DNA of 38,063 nt. Source: Desulfofustis sp. (GTDB taxonomy: Bacteria; Desulfobacterota; Desulfobulbia; Desulfobulbales; Desulfocapsaceae). The notes beneath the pieces are model-generated. The model saw only the letters and a list, made by a program, of their open reading frames with translations. It was not told the origin of the DNA and made no database searches. Position 1 is the stretch's first letter, and the number at the start of each line of letters is the position of its first letter. Location: positions 1 to 38,063 of the forward strand of contig JAZBPM010000068.1 in NCBI GenBank assembly GCA_036351615.1, written 5' to 3'. Of this stretch, positions 28,227 through 38,063 are shown in pieces. Both the position numbers and the translations under genes were made by a program.

Positions 28227-28373
28227 AGGGAACCTTGAAAAATTGTCATTTCGCCCAATATCATCGTTGCGCAATCAAATTTTATCCTCGGAATATCTCA
28301 TGTATATGCCTGCGGTAAAATTTTCTTGCGCGCCTCGATCTTGAACGAAATTCCGATTTCCTCAAGTTCCCCT
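28227..28373 (+). mobile_element. ~147-bp MITE-like element, copy 1 (best preserved)
   Basis: Starts right after the gyrB TAA. Imperfect terminal IRs AGGGAACCTTGAAAAATTGTCATTTCG / CGAAATTCCGATTTCCTCAAGTTCCCCT, with TA at both flanks. Two more copies in the window. Confidence 0.65.
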
Positions 28374-28440
28374 AAACTCAGCCACCGTCAATGGCGGGAC
28401 CTGGTGAGCTTCTTTATCCTAAAACATCCTATTGAAAATA

Positions 28441-30924
28441 ATGAATGACACACTGCTGAGCACAGGCGAACAGCCGACGATCTCAATCGAAAAAGAATTA
28501 AAGAAATCCTACCTTGACTATGCCATGAGCGTCATCGTCGGAAGGGCTTTGCCCGATGTTCGTGACGGCTTGAAGCCTGTTCACCGACGCGTTCTTTTTG
28601 CCATGCGTGAACTCGGTGTTTTCTTTAATAGACCCTATGTCAAATCGGCAAGAATCGTCGGTGATGTGATCGGTAAATATCACCCACATGGAGACACGGC
28701 CGCCTACGACACCCTGGTTCGCATGGCACAGCCTTTTTCCATGAGGTACCCGCTCGTCGATGGACAAGGCAACTTCGGTTCACTCGATGGCGATTCGGCC
28801 GCTGCGATGCGGTATACCGAGGCAAGGATGACCCGGATCGACAGGGAAATCGTGGCTGACCTCGAGAAGGAGACGATCGACTACATTCAAAATTATGACA
28901 ATTCTTTACTGGAACCATCGGTTATGCCCAGCAAAATCCCAAATCTGCTGGTTAACGGGTCCTCCGGTATTGCTGTCGGGATGGCAACCAATATCCCGCC
29001 ACATAATTTAACTGAGGTCATTGATGCACTCATCGCGTTGATTGACGACCCCAACATGACAGTTCATCAGTTATTCAGCATTATCCCCGGGCCTGATTTC
29101 CCAACCGGTGGGCTGATTTGTGGGCGAGCCGGCATTAGAGAAGCCTATGAAACCGGGAAAGGCGTTATCGTAATGAGGGCTAAAACCTCAATTGAAAAGG
29201 TTGATAATGGCCGCAGGGAAAACATTATCGTTGAAGAGATTCCCTATCAACAAAACAAGGCAGTGCTCGTAGAGAAAATTGCGGAGTTGATCAAAGAAAA
29301 AAAATTGACGGCTATTTCAGAGATCCGTGACGAATCGGACAGACAGGGTCTGCGCATCGTTATGGAGTTGAAAAAGGATGAAATGGCGGAAGTTGTTATC
29401 AATCAACTTTACAAAATGACGCCGATGCAGAGATCTTTCGGCATCATTTTTCTTGCTATTGTCAATAATCGACCGGAAGTACTCAATCTTAAGCAGATGC
29501 TGGAATACTTTATCCAACATCGAAAAGCGGTTGTCTATAGACGTACCGCCTTTGAATTAAAGAAAGCTGAAGAACGGGCCCACATTCTGGAAGGGCTTAA
29601 TGTTGCAATCAGCAACCTTGACGATGTTGTAAATCTTATAAAAGCAGCACGTAACCCGACCGAGGCGAAGGAACAACTGATTGCCCGCTACCAATTAACA
29701 GAGATCCAGGCCCAGACCATCCTCGACATGCGTCTGCAGCGTTTAACGGGTCTGGAACGCGAGAAAATAGTAGAAGAGTATGCTTCGATTTTAAAGGAAA
29801 TATCAAGACTCAAAGAGCTTCTTGCTGACGAGTCTCTGATCATGGCCCTGATTAAGTCTGAATTTGTCGAAATAAAAGAGACCTATGGAGACGAGAGAAG
29901 AACTGAAATAGTCGATGCGGTTGATGAAATTCTTCCGGAGGATCTTATTTCTCCCGAATTTATGGCGGTAACCGTCACTCATTCCGGCTACATCAAACGT
30001 AACCCGGTCAGCCTTTATCGATCACAGAGCCGTGGTGGTAAGGGGGTTCGTGGAGTAACAAATATTGACGAAGACTTTGTTTCGCACATTTATGTTGCTT
30101 CGACGCTCGACACATTTCTTTTTTTCACCAACTACGGAAAAGTTTTTTGGAGGAAAGTCTATCAACTACCTTTGGTTGGACGCTCTGCCAGGGGGAAGGC
30201 TATCGTCAACCTTCTTGAATTGACTGAAGGAGAAAAAGTGGCAGCAATTCTACCCATTTCTTCTTTTGACAACGATAACGGAACCAAAAGTATTTTGATG
30301 GTTACCAAGCTTGGACGGGTGAAAAAAACCAGTTTACTGGAATTTAGCAGACCGCTGAGAAAAGGTAAGCGGGCGCTGACTATCAACGATTGGGACGAGA
30401 TTATCAGTGCCCACGTGTTGAATGGAAATGACACCATTTTTATGATATCTCGTCGCGGAATATCCATTCACTTCAAAGAAACCGATATTCGTGAAATGGG
30501 AAGGACAGCCGCCGGGGTAAAGGGGATGACGCTCATGTCCGGCGATTACCTGGTTGGGGCCAATGTACTAGAAGAGGGCAGTGAAAAAACCATTCTCACT
30601 GTCACTGCCAACGGATATGGAAAGCGCAGTTTTATTGGCGATTACCGCCTGCAACGACGTGGTGGAAAAGGTATTCTGGCAATTCGGCCAAGTGATCGAA
30701 ATGGCGATATTATTGGCAGTCAAATAGTGGACGATGACCAGGAGATTATCTTGATCGCCGATTCGGGGAAAATGATCCGTATGCCGGCGACAGATATGCG
30801 GGTTATCGGAAGAACAACCCAGGGTGTCCGCTTAATAAACCTGGAAGAAGGAGAACGGGTTGTTGGAATGGATGTAGTTGAACGTGAAGCGGAAGATGAC
30901 GAGCAAAATGACGAAAATTTCTAA
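28441..30924 (+). CDS. gyrA: DNA gyrase subunit A
   Basis: [32 protein letters not shown], GyrA-box QSRGGKG. Confidence 0.97.
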   Translation: MNDTLLSTGEQPTISIEKELKKSYLDYAMSVIVGRALPDVRDGLKPVHRRVLFAMRELGVFFNRPYVKSARIVGDVIGKYHPHGDTAAYDTLVRMAQPFSMRYPLVDGQGNFGSLDGDSAAAMRYTEARMTRIDREIVADLEKETIDYIQNYDNSLLEPSVMPSKIPNLLVNGSSGIAVGMATNIPPHNLTEVIDALIALIDDPNMTVHQLFSIIPGPDFPTGGLICGRAGIREAYETGKGVIVMRAKTSIEKVDNGRRENIIVEEIPYQQNKAVLVEKIAELIKEKKLTAISEIRDESDRQGLRIVMELKKDEMAEVVINQLYKMTPMQRSFGIIFLAIVNNRPEVLNLKQMLEYFIQHRKAVVYRRTAFELKKAEERAHILEGLNVAISNLDDVVNLIKAARNPTEAKEQLIARYQLTEIQAQTILDMRLQRLTGLEREKIVEEYASILKEISRLKELLADESLIMALIKSEFVEIKETYGDERRTEIVDAVDEILPEDLISPEFMAVTVTHSGYIKRNPVSLYRSQSRGGKGVRGVTNIDEDFVSHIYVASTLDTFLFFTNYGKVFWRKVYQLPLVGRSARGKAIVNLLELTEGEKVAAILPISSFDNDNGTKSILMVTKLGRVKKTSLLEFSRPLRKGKRALTINDWDEIISAHVLNGNDTIFMISRRGISIHFKETDIREMGRTAAGVKGMTLMSGDYLVGANVLEEGSEKTILTVTANGYGKRSFIGDYRLQRRGGKGILAIRPSDRNGDIIGSQIVDDDQEIILIADSGKMIRMPATDMRVIGRTTQGVRLINLEEGERVVGMDVVEREAEDDEQNDENF

Positions 30925-31942
30925 CGAAAAACCTGTCGCAACAGTAATTGGGGCAGGGTCATGGGGTACAGCGCTCGCACGCCTTCTGTCTGAAAAGGGT
31001 ATTGAAACGAGACTATGGGGGCACCGTTACGACCACTTACAAAAAATTCAGATCCACCATGAAAACAAACAATACTTGCCGGGGTTTTTACTTCCGGAAA
31101 ATCTCAAGTTTTGCCCATCGATAAAAGAAGCGATCGCAACGGCGACGGTCATATGTATCGTTGTTCCTTCTCATGTTTATCGGGAAACTTTTAATAAGAT
31201 CCTTGACCAGCTGATACCTGTCAGCGGCAGAATGCCGATCTTTGTTTCCGCCACCAAGGGAATAGAAAACGAATCCTTGCAGACGATGAACCAGGTCATG
31301 CAGGACTGTCTGGAAAGCCGTCATCAAAGAGCCCAAACAGCGATACTCTCGGGACCCTCTTTTGCCCGGGAGGTAGCCGCCAAAGTACCTACGGCAATTA
31401 CCATAGGAAGCACAGACGAAGAGGTTGCCAAAGGGCTACAGGATCTCTTTAGCACGGATTATTTTCGCGTTTACACCAGCCATGATGTAATCGGCCTGGA
31501 AATCAGTGCCGCCTTAAAAAATATCATCGCCATTGCTGCAGGAATCTGTGACGGACTTGCGTTCGGAAGCAACGCCCGGGCTGCCTTGATAACCCGTGGG
31601 CTGGCCGAGATGACTCGTCTCGGAAAAGCACTTGGTGCAGAAGAAAAGACGTTTTACGGACTGAGCGGACTCGGTGATTTGGTGCTGACCTGTACCGGTG
31701 CGTTGAGTCGGAATCGACACGTCGGCTTGGAGCTGGGAAAAGGCAAGAGTATCGATGAAGTTCTAAAAGATATGTCGATGGTAGCAGAAGGTGTAAAGAC
31801 GACCAAATCGGTTTATCGATTGGCACAGCGTCTTCGGATAGAAATGCCAATATTGGAACAGGTTTATCAGATCATCTATGAAGGAAAGGATTGCGCCACT
31901 GCAGTTAAAGACCTACTCGATCGCGACCTCAAGCAAGAATAA
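30908..31942 (+). CDS. gpsA: NAD(P)H-dependent glycerol-3-phosphate dehydrogenase
   Basis: [44 protein letters not shown]. Confidence 0.95.
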   Translation: MTKISNEKPVATVIGAGSWGTALARLLSEKGIETRLWGHRYDHLQKIQIHHENKQYLPGFLLPENLKFCPSIKEAIATATVICIVVPSHVYRETFNKILDQLIPVSGRMPIFVSATKGIENESLQTMNQVMQDCLESRHQRAQTAILSGPSFAREVAAKVPTAITIGSTDEEVAKGLQDLFSTDYFRVYTSHDVIGLEISAALKNIIAIAAGICDGLAFGSNARAALITRGLAEMTRLGKALGAEEKTFYGLSGLGDLVLTCTGALSRNRHVGLELGKGKSIDEVLKDMSMVAEGVKTTKSVYRLAQRLRIEMPILEQVYQIIYEGKDCATAVKDLLDRDLKQE

Positions 31943-31955
31943 AAAATGCAGTATA

Positions 31956-32103
31956 CGAGAAGCTTGAAAAGTGCGGAATTGCGTCCAAGATCGAGGTTCG
32001 CAAGAAAAAGGCATCACCGGTATATGCATGAAATTCAGAGGACAAAAATGTAACGTTGTGCAACGAGGAGTTTAGGCGAAACGACATGTTTGTCAGGTGC
32101 TAT
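31956..32103 (-). mobile_element. MITE-like element, copy 2 (inverted, diverged)
   Basis: 31975-32008 matches the reverse complement of 28321-28354 at 30/34 positions; similarity extends over the rest of the element. Confidence 0.65.
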
Positions 32104-32183
32104 TAACGGGCTTGCAAAGATGATCGATAAAGCCTGACAGAAAGCGGATCGCGAAAATATTAGTCCGCAAACGAGCAGTAACC

Positions 32184-32855
32184 TCAATCAGACCAATCAT
32201 TGCCCTCAAATTCACTATGATCCGGTTGTGGCGGCATTAACTCTCTCATTCTCGTCTCAATCCACTGCATTACTTTAGGAAACTCCATAGATAGTTCAGC
32301 CAGTACTTTTCCCCGGTGACTGACCATGTTTTTTTCTTCTAGGGTTAACTCTGCAAACGTTTTGCCCAACGGTTCGAAGAAAAACAACGGATCATAGCCA
32401 AAGCCGCCGGTACCTCTGGGGTGGTCGAGGATGACACCCTCGCAGGATGCTTCGTAGGTCAAGGCCGGGCCGGAGGGGACTGCGATAGACAGTACACAGA
32501 CAAAAGCGGCTGTTCTGTCCTGCTGGGTACCGAGTTCCAGCAGGAGTTTTTTGCAATTTTCTTCGTCTGTAGCGTTTTCACCAGCGTAGCGAGCCGAAAA
32601 AACACCAGGTTTTCCACCAAGGGATGCAACGACAAGTCCGGAATCGTCTGCCATCGCCGGCAGGCCAAGTACTTTAGAATAATGAAGTGCCTTTTTATAG
32701 GCATTATCATCAAATGTCTCACCATCTTCGACTACTCCTGGAAGGGGGCCGAAATCGGATAAGCTTTTTATTTCTACCGGGAACTCTTTAAGGACGTGTT
32801 GAATTTCGCGAACCTTGTTCTTGTTCGACGTGGCCAAAACGATAATATTAAACAT
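32184..32855 (-). CDS. rdgB: XTP/dITP diphosphatase (Ham1/RdgB)
   Basis: LATSNKNK, ADDSGL, PGVFSARYAG, GFGYDP, KNMVSHRG. Confidence 0.95.
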   Translation of the reverse strand: MFNIIVLATSNKNKVREIQHVLKEFPVEIKSLSDFGPLPGVVEDGETFDDNAYKKALHYSKVLGLPAMADDSGLVVASLGGKPGVFSARYAGENATDEENCKKLLLELGTQQDRTAAFVCVLSIAVPSGPALTYEASCEGVILDHPRGTGGFGYDPLFFFEPLGKTFAELTLEEKNMVSHRGKVLAELSMEFPKVMQWIETRMRELMPPQPDHSEFEGNDWSD

Positions 32856-33417
32856 TAGAAACCTCTTTTTTTCTGATCTGTTTCTTCAACCTGTTGTCGT
32901 AGCGTTCCTGCTCACTGTAGATGCAGCCACAATAGGGCTGACGGTATAAACCGAGGGAACGTGATTCGTCTATTCCATGTTGCCAGCCAGACCTGAAATC
33001 ATGGTAGTAAAAGGTGAGATGATACTGTTTTGCGAATCGCTCCGCTTGGTTTTTAAGCTCCTCGTGGCGTTGATATTTACTATAAAGAAGTGTTGTTGAT
33101 ACCGCCGTGAAATCATGCGCAGCGGCGCGCTGACAGGTCTTTTCCAAGCGGGTGTGATAGCAGATGGTGCAGCGTCTTTGTTCTTGAAAGACGACGGCTC
33201 GTAGAAACGATCTCAAACCGTAATCGCGTTCAAGAACATACGGGTATTGGCGACTTTCGGCGAGAGAAACAAAGGTGTCGAGCCTCTTTTTAAACTCTTT
33301 GAACGGGTGAATATTAGGGTTAAAAAAAAAGCAGGTGAACGGTATCTGCCGATCGGCGAGTACTCTAGCGGGATAGAGAAGGCAAGGAGCACAACAGACA
33401 TGGAGAAAGAGGGTCAT
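32848..33417 (-). CDS. queH: epoxyqueuosine reductase QueH
   Basis: HVCCAPC, FFNPNIHP, RCTICY, STTL, YRQPYCGC. Confidence 0.9.
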   Translation of the reverse strand: MTLFLHVCCAPCLLYPARVLADRQIPFTCFFFNPNIHPFKEFKKRLDTFVSLAESRQYPYVLERDYGLRSFLRAVVFQEQRRCTICYHTRLEKTCQRAAAHDFTAVSTTLLYSKYQRHEELKNQAERFAKQYHLTFYYHDFRSGWQHGIDESRSLGLYRQPYCGCIYSEQERYDNRLKKQIRKKEVSNV

Positions 33418-33583
33418 TGCCGATCACCGAGATGGAGCGATACACGAAGTGGTTCGCCTTGCAAATCGTTGGCGGAAGTGGAAGAACGTTTGATGCCAAA
33501 AGAACCGAGCAAACCTCTGCAATAATATAGATACTTGGCAGAAAATCAAAAACGAAAGACAATTATAATTCATCGAGATTTTT

Positions 33584-33724
33584 AGAGTACTTAAAAAACC
33601 ACAAATTTCATAAAAAAAGGGGGCGACAGATTGATACCTCCAGAGAATTGGCGCGACATATTATGGATATCTTTAGATAGCGCAACGAGAGGTTTGACAA
33701 ACCGACAGTTTTTCAAGATGATCT
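33584..33724 (-). mobile_element. MITE-like element, copy 3 (most decayed)
   Basis: On the minus strand, directly after the TGA of the NifA-like gene: AGATCATCTTGAAAAACTGTC...TCGTTGCGCTATCTAAAGATATCC, versus copy 1 AGGGAACCTTGAAAAATTGTC...TCGTTGCGCAATCAAATTTTATCC. Confidence 0.5.
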
Positions 33725-35278
33725 TCATACCTTATATTTCTTGGCGTCGATATCATATTGATGAATTTTATAGTTTATTATGCGAAGACTCGTATCGAGG
33801 TATTTAGCTGTTTTTGTTTGATTACCATTATTTTTCTTAAGAGCATCAATTATCAATTCTTTCTCAAAGTTTTCCACAGCACTGGCAAACGATAGAGGTT
33901 TACCGTTTTTATTCGGTTCTGATACCTGCAGAGTTGGCGGAAGGTGTATTCCTTTGATGGCATCTTCGTCGCAGATGAGCACAGCCCGTTCTATGCAGTT
34001 TTGCAATTCCCTGACATTGCCTGGCCAATGGTACTGGATCAAAAGGTCAATGGCGGAGGTAGAAATCCTTTTAATAGATTTGTTGTTTTCCCGGGAAAAT
34101 TTATCAAGAAAAAACTCCGCAAGGAGAAGAATGTCAGTTCTTCGCTTGCGCAATGGCGGTAAATAAATCGGAAAAACGTTGAGACGATAGTAGAGATCTT
34201 CCCGAAAAGCACCGCTGGAAACCGCCTTTTCAAGATCTCGATTCGTTGCCGCAACAAGTCGTACGTCGCAGATGATAGACTTTGTTGAACCAAGACGTTG
34301 AAAACATCGTTCCTGGACGACACCAAGTAGTTTTATTTGAACTGAATGGCTGATTTCACCGATCTCATCGAGAAAGAGTGTTCCACCCTCCGCCTGCTCA
34401 AAACGACCAATTTTTCGTTCATGAGCTCCGGTAAACGCACCTTTTTCATGTCCGAACAACTCGCTTTCCAGCAAGGTTTCCGGTAGCGCGGAACAATTAA
34501 CGGCGACAAACGGACGATCCTTTCTTTTCCCGTTGTAGTGCAATGCTTTTGCAACGAGGGTTTTACCGGTGCCCGACTCACCACGAAGCAGGACTGTTGC
34601 ATTTGAATCGACGACTCGATGTACCATTTCGAATACATCCTGCATTCGACTCGAGTTACCGATGATGTCATTTATCCGGTTTTTTTCAGAAAGTTCTCTT
34701 TTAAGTTTAAGATTTTCAGTTAGCAGGCTCTCTTTTTCCTCATTGACGATCTGAATCCGGCGAACGGTTTGAGCGATAATGCTGGATAAAACGGTAAGGA
34801 ATTGGAGATCTTTGGTTGCCTGGTCGCCAAAGCCATTTTCATAGATGCGATCTACACTCAATGCACCGATGACCTGTTTACCGTCTTTAATGGGAACACA
34901 CAAAAATGAGCGGTTCGGGTCTACCTTCTCTCCCCTGGAGCGTGTTCGGTTCAAAAAGAGGGGTTCTTCCGAGATATGGGGAACAATGATCGGCTCGCCG
35001 GAGGCGACTACTCGGCCTGTGATCCCTTCACCAATCCGGTACTTTCCTCGTTTTTTTGCCTCATCAGTGATGCCGTGAGCAACTTCGATTTCCAGTTTTC
35101 CGGTTATCGGGTTGACGATGGTTACCGTGCCATTCTCCATTGACTTTATGTCTGATAGATACGACATGGCCTTTGCAAGGCATTCGTTGAGCACAAAAGA
35201 AGATGCAAGTTCTTTGGTTATCTCATAAAGACAGGTCAAGTCTTGTAAATGACTATCGGAAAATCGGACTTCATCCAT
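33725..35278 (-). CDS. sigma54-dependent activator, GAF-AAA+-Fis HTH (NifA-like)
   Basis: GAF domain, [46 protein letters not shown], Fis-type HTH. Confidence 0.9.
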   Translation of the reverse strand: MDEVRFSDSHLQDLTCLYEITKELASSFVLNECLAKAMSYLSDIKSMENGTVTIVNPITGKLEIEVAHGITDEAKKRGKYRIGEGITGRVVASGEPIIVPHISEEPLFLNRTRSRGEKVDPNRSFLCVPIKDGKQVIGALSVDRIYENGFGDQATKDLQFLTVLSSIIAQTVRRIQIVNEEKESLLTENLKLKRELSEKNRINDIIGNSSRMQDVFEMVHRVVDSNATVLLRGESGTGKTLVAKALHYNGKRKDRPFVAVNCSALPETLLESELFGHEKGAFTGAHERKIGRFEQAEGGTLFLDEIGEISHSVQIKLLGVVQERCFQRLGSTKSIICDVRLVAATNRDLEKAVSSGAFREDLYYRLNVFPIYLPPLRKRRTDILLLAEFFLDKFSRENNKSIKRISTSAIDLLIQYHWPGNVRELQNCIERAVLICDEDAIKGIHLPPTLQVSEPNKNGKPLSFASAVENFEKELIIDALKKNNGNQTKTAKYLDTSLRIINYKIHQYDIDAKKYKV

Positions 35279-35380
35279 GATAATAACAGGAAAATAATAG
35301 CAAGATTGTTTGAAATAACACGATTGGTGTTACAAAAATGTACCATATCGCTTTTCGCGCCGTCTGGCAATGACATAATA

Positions 35381-35409
35381 TTGACAGAAATATTTCGAGA
35401 TGGTACAAG
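35381..35409 (+). promoter_or_regulatory. sigma70 promoter of the tRNA pair
   Basis: TTGACA-N17-TACAAG with an extended TG, 11 bp before the tRNA. Confidence 0.65.
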
Positions 35410-35420
35410 GAAAATCCTTC

Positions 35421-35506
35421 GGAGGGATGGCCGAGTGGTTTAAGGCGGCGGTCTTGAAAACCGTTGTACGAAAGTACCGTGGGTTCGAATCCTACTCCCT
35501 CCGCCA
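35421..35506 (+). tRNA. tRNA-Ser(TGA)
   Basis: GGAGGGA acceptor stem pairing with TCCCTCC-G-CCA, anticodon loop CT-TGA-AA, long variable arm, GTTCGAATC. Confidence 0.95.
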
Positions 35507-35515
35507 GAGACGAAC

Positions 35516-35608
35516 GGAGAGATGACCGAGCTGGCCGATGGTGCTCGCCTGCTAAGCGAGTGTGGGGGTTAAACTCCACCGAGGGTTCGAATCCCTCTCT
35601 CTCCGCCA
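35516..35608 (+). tRNA. tRNA-Ser(GCT)
   Basis: GGAGAGA / TCTCTCC-G-CCA, anticodon arm CTCGC-CTGCTAA-GCGAG, long variable arm, GTTCGAATC. Confidence 0.95.
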
Positions 35609-35684
35609 AATCTGCCTGAAGAGATGTTAGCCGCTCATGAAAGCGGTTGGCTGCGCCTTCCCACAAAACACAAATAGCGTAAGT

Positions 35685-36155
35685 TTAAAAGCCCCAGAGC
35701 AGGGTTCGTTTAATCCACCCTTCTAAGCCACTTTCATGGCGGACGTGGGCCCATCCCTGTTGTTGTTTGATTGTTTTAAAGACAACGCCGTAATGGGCCA
35801 TGCCAACAATTTTATACTGTGTACCCGGTCCGCTCCTAATATTGATTCGCTCGTCTGAATCTTTGTTGGCTTTAACAATCATAAAACCTGTATTTTTAAC
35901 CAGGGACCGATGTAACCATCCGGTATCACTCTCAAAGTCCTCTACTTTGAGCCACTCTCCTTTTTTGTCAACTACTCGCAAAGGAAAACCGGAGCCGTAT
36001 CGCCATTTTACGGAATAGGTGGTTCCCGGACCACTTCTCAGGTTGACATCATCCCCGGAGACGCTGACCATTTCCGCGCTGGCAAGTACAGGGGTAAGGA
36101 TGAAAAGAAAGACAATGAACAAAAACAAAGAGAGAGAGAAAGCGCGATTCAGCAT
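35685..36155 (-). CDS. exported protein with two bacterial SH3 domains
   Basis: Signal peptide (ASA-E), NLRSGPG...GW and NIRSGPG...GW repeats. Likely start ATG 36155. Confidence 0.85.
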   Translation of the reverse strand: MLNRAFSLSLFLFIVFLFILTPVLASAEMVSVSGDDVNLRSGPGTTYSVKWRYGSGFPLRVVDKKGEWLKVEDFESDTGWLHRSLVKNTGFMIVKANKDSDERINIRSGPGTQYKIVGMAHYGVVFKTIKQQQGWAHVRHESGLEGWIKRTLLWGF

Positions 36156-36204
36156 AGCAAAATAGATAATAGGATAATGGATTACGACATATGATAATAC
36201 TTCA

Positions 36205-37083
36205 TCAGGAGTCCGAGGTGAGAACACTCACCAGACGTTCCAGGTCATCCAGAGAGTAATATTCTATTTCAATCTTTCCTCGATTACCGTTACGGTTAAT
36301 AACGACCCGAGAGTTCAGTTTATTGGTTATTTGTGTAGCCAACGCTTTACAATAGCTATCAGAAATTTCCTGTTCAACAATGTCCTGTTGAACTGCTGCA
36401 ACATTCTCGTGTTGTTTCGGCTTCTTATACTTGCGTATGAGACTTTCAACCTGTCGGACAGATAAATGTTTTGAGACAATCTGGTCTCGAATTTCTTTGA
36501 GGGCTGCTGGATTATCCACGATTCGCAACAGCGAGCGAGCATGACCCTCGCTTAACAAACCGGAAACGACATCGTCGCGGATGTAATCGGGAAGTAACAG
36601 GAGCCGAAGCGAATTAGTGATTGTCGAGCGTTTTTTTCCGACTTTTTGAGCGGTTTGTTCCTGGGTGTAACCAAAACGGTCAATAAGCTTCTTGTATGCT
36701 TCTGCCTCTTCAAGAGGGTTCAAGTCCGTTCTCTGAATATTTTCAATGAGAGCTAATTCAAGAAAGGCATCTTCATCCCCAACATTTTGAACAACAACCG
36801 GGACGGTCTTCAAACCGACGATTTTAGAAGCACGAAGTCTTCTCTCACCGGCGATCAGCGTATACTTATTAGCAGAGACCTTTGAAACAATGAGAGGCTG
36901 TATAATCCCCTTCTCTCTAATCGAGTCGGCAAGCTCTTCAAGGCCTGCTTCGTCAAAGACGAAACGGGGCTGATGCTTATTTGGAACAATTAGTTCGATA
37001 TCGCATTCAAAAAATCGTTCATCGTCGGGGCTGTCTCCAAAGAGTGCACTTACCCCTTGTCCAAGTCCGGTTGTTTTAGCCAC
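36205..37083 (-). CDS. parB: chromosome partitioning protein ParB/Spo0J
   Basis: GLGQGVSAL, QPR, IAGERRLRA, ALIENIQRTDLNPLEEA, HTH. GTG start at 37083. Confidence 0.95.
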   Translation of the reverse strand: MAKTTGLGQGVSALFGDSPDDERFFECDIELIVPNKHQPRFVFDEAGLEELADSIREKGIIQPLIVSKVSANKYTLIAGERRLRASKIVGLKTVPVVVQNVGDEDAFLELALIENIQRTDLNPLEEAEAYKKLIDRFGYTQEQTAQKVGKKRSTITNSLRLLLLPDYIRDDVVSGLLSEGHARSLLRIVDNPAALKEIRDQIVSKHLSVRQVESLIRKYKKPKQHENVAAVQQDIVEQEISDSYCKALATQITNKLNSRVVINRNGNRGKIEIEYYSLDDLERLVSVLTSDS

Positions 37084-37090
37084 GGCGAAA

Positions 37091-37870
37091 TCACCTCTGT
37101 CTCTGTAGAAATTCATTGGCAAGGGCCGTATAAGCTGCAGCTCCCGTGGATTTTTGATCGTACTGCATAATCGTTTGGCCGTGGCTTGGGCATTCACTGA
37201 GCCTGACATTCCGCGGAATAATGGTATTGAAAACCTGATCAGCGAAATGATGAGATATTTCAGAGGAAACCTGGTGAGAGAGCTTGTTGCGTGTATCAAA
37301 CATGGTGAGCAACAAACCGGCAATGAATAGATCGGGATTAAATGACTTTTTTACCGACCTGATCGTGTTTATCAATTGAGCCAGTCCTTCCATTGCAAAG
37401 TATTCACATTGCATAGGAATCAACACGGCATGCGCGGCCGTCAAGGCATTGACGGTGAGCAAGCCAAGGGATGGAGGGCAATCGATAAAGATATAATCGA
37501 AGGAACCCGTTAGTGACTCAATGGTATTCTTAAGAAATCGCTCCCGGTGGTCCTCGTTGATAAGCTCGAGCTCAGCGGCCACAAGGTCAATAGTTGCCGG
37601 GATAATCGAAAGATTGGTTACCTCTGTATCTCTAACGACCTCGTCTGCAGGTGTTTCGCCGCAGAGAGTTTGGTAAAGGTGACGCTCCGTCTTGCCCGGT
37701 CTGATACCAACACCGCTGGACGCGTTGCCTTGAGGATCGGAATCGATTATAAGGACGGCTTTCCCAAGCAAGGCAAGTGCGCAGGAAAGGTTGACTGCTG
37801 TTGTTGTTTTTCCAACGCCGCCCTTCTGGTTAGCCACAGCGATAATTGTCGGAACGTTTTGGATCGGCAC
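37091..37870 (-). CDS. parA: chromosome partitioning ATPase ParA/Soj
   Basis: NQKGGVGKTTT, DSDPQGNAS, IDCPPSLG, IPRNVRLSECPS. Confidence 0.95.
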   Translation of the reverse strand: MPIQNVPTIIAVANQKGGVGKTTTAVNLSCALALLGKAVLIIDSDPQGNASSGVGIRPGKTERHLYQTLCGETPADEVVRDTEVTNLSIIPATIDLVAAELELINEDHRERFLKNTIESLTGSFDYIFIDCPPSLGLLTVNALTAAHAVLIPMQCEYFAMEGLAQLINTIRSVKKSFNPDLFIAGLLLTMFDTRNKLSHQVSSEISHHFADQVFNTIIPRNVRLSECPSHGQTIMQYDQKSTGAAAYTALANEFLQRQR

Positions 37871-38063
37871 GGATCACCTCCCTGTAGGTCGTTCCGTTAT
37901 AAACGGGATTGACCTACCACTCAAGACCTTTTTGTCCGATTTTTCGAATTCCATTGAATTGTGCCCAGGTATTTCTCAGAAGCGACGTTTTTTCAAAACT
38001 AGACATGTTTCAGATCTTTTTTTGAGAAAAACATGAAGAAAGCCACCATGAACGGTTAGGGTC

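Noticed and set aside
33418-33573. Small ORFs upstream of queH
   Set aside because: No RBS or recognisable motifs; more likely promoter or UTR sequence.
35271-35666. 131-aa minus-strand ORF
   Set aside because: It is the antisense reading of the two tRNA-Ser genes (AEREGFEP is a typical tRNA shadow).
35421-35680. tRNA-Ser pair as an integration site for an island explaining the low GC
   Set aside because: No integrase and no duplicated tRNA 3' end were found, and the flanking genes are core genes.
37880-38063. parS site or rsmG 3' end upstream of parA
   Set aside because: Only a half-site-like TGTTTCA occurs, with no TGTTTCACGTGAAACA palindrome, and the minus-strand frames give no RsmG-like peptide.
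1-38063. CRISPR array, prophage, transposase or recognisable defence genes
   Set aside because: No regularly spaced repeats or such protein motifs were seen. The kinase-AAA protein ends in a GAF-histidine kinase, which points to signalling rather than a defence effector.

Overview
Core-chromosome segment of a bacterium, most likely a Desulfobacterota (Desulfobulbales/Desulfocapsaceae-like; inferred from gene content and order only). The left ~21 kb is GC-rich. It holds the 5' part of trmO, nikR, a GT-B-like protein, a 1751-aa pseudokinase/AAA/GAF/histidine kinase, an apparent operon (OleA-like thiolase, AMMECR1, YkgJ-like protein, PaaI thioesterase), a hybrid kinase, rlmKL, pal, and HD-GYP/gatC/gatA/hisC/cmk. 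At 20.1-22.9 kb is a sulfur-trafficking cluster: a YeeE/YedE transporter whose two halves are swapped relative to E. coli YeeE, divergent from tusA and a miniaturised dsrE/F/H-like trio. The 57-aa dsrH-like gene is missing from the ORF track. The right ~15 kb is AT-richer and origin-like: a serine hydrolase, an AT-rich candidate oriC with no dnaA, dnaN, gyrB, gyrA, gpsA, rdgB, queH, a NifA-like activator, two tRNA-Ser genes, an SH3 protein, parB and parA. Intergenic spaces carry several palindromic elements, including three diverged copies of a ~147-bp MITE-like element downstream of stop codons. I found no CRISPR array, prophage, integrase or transposase.
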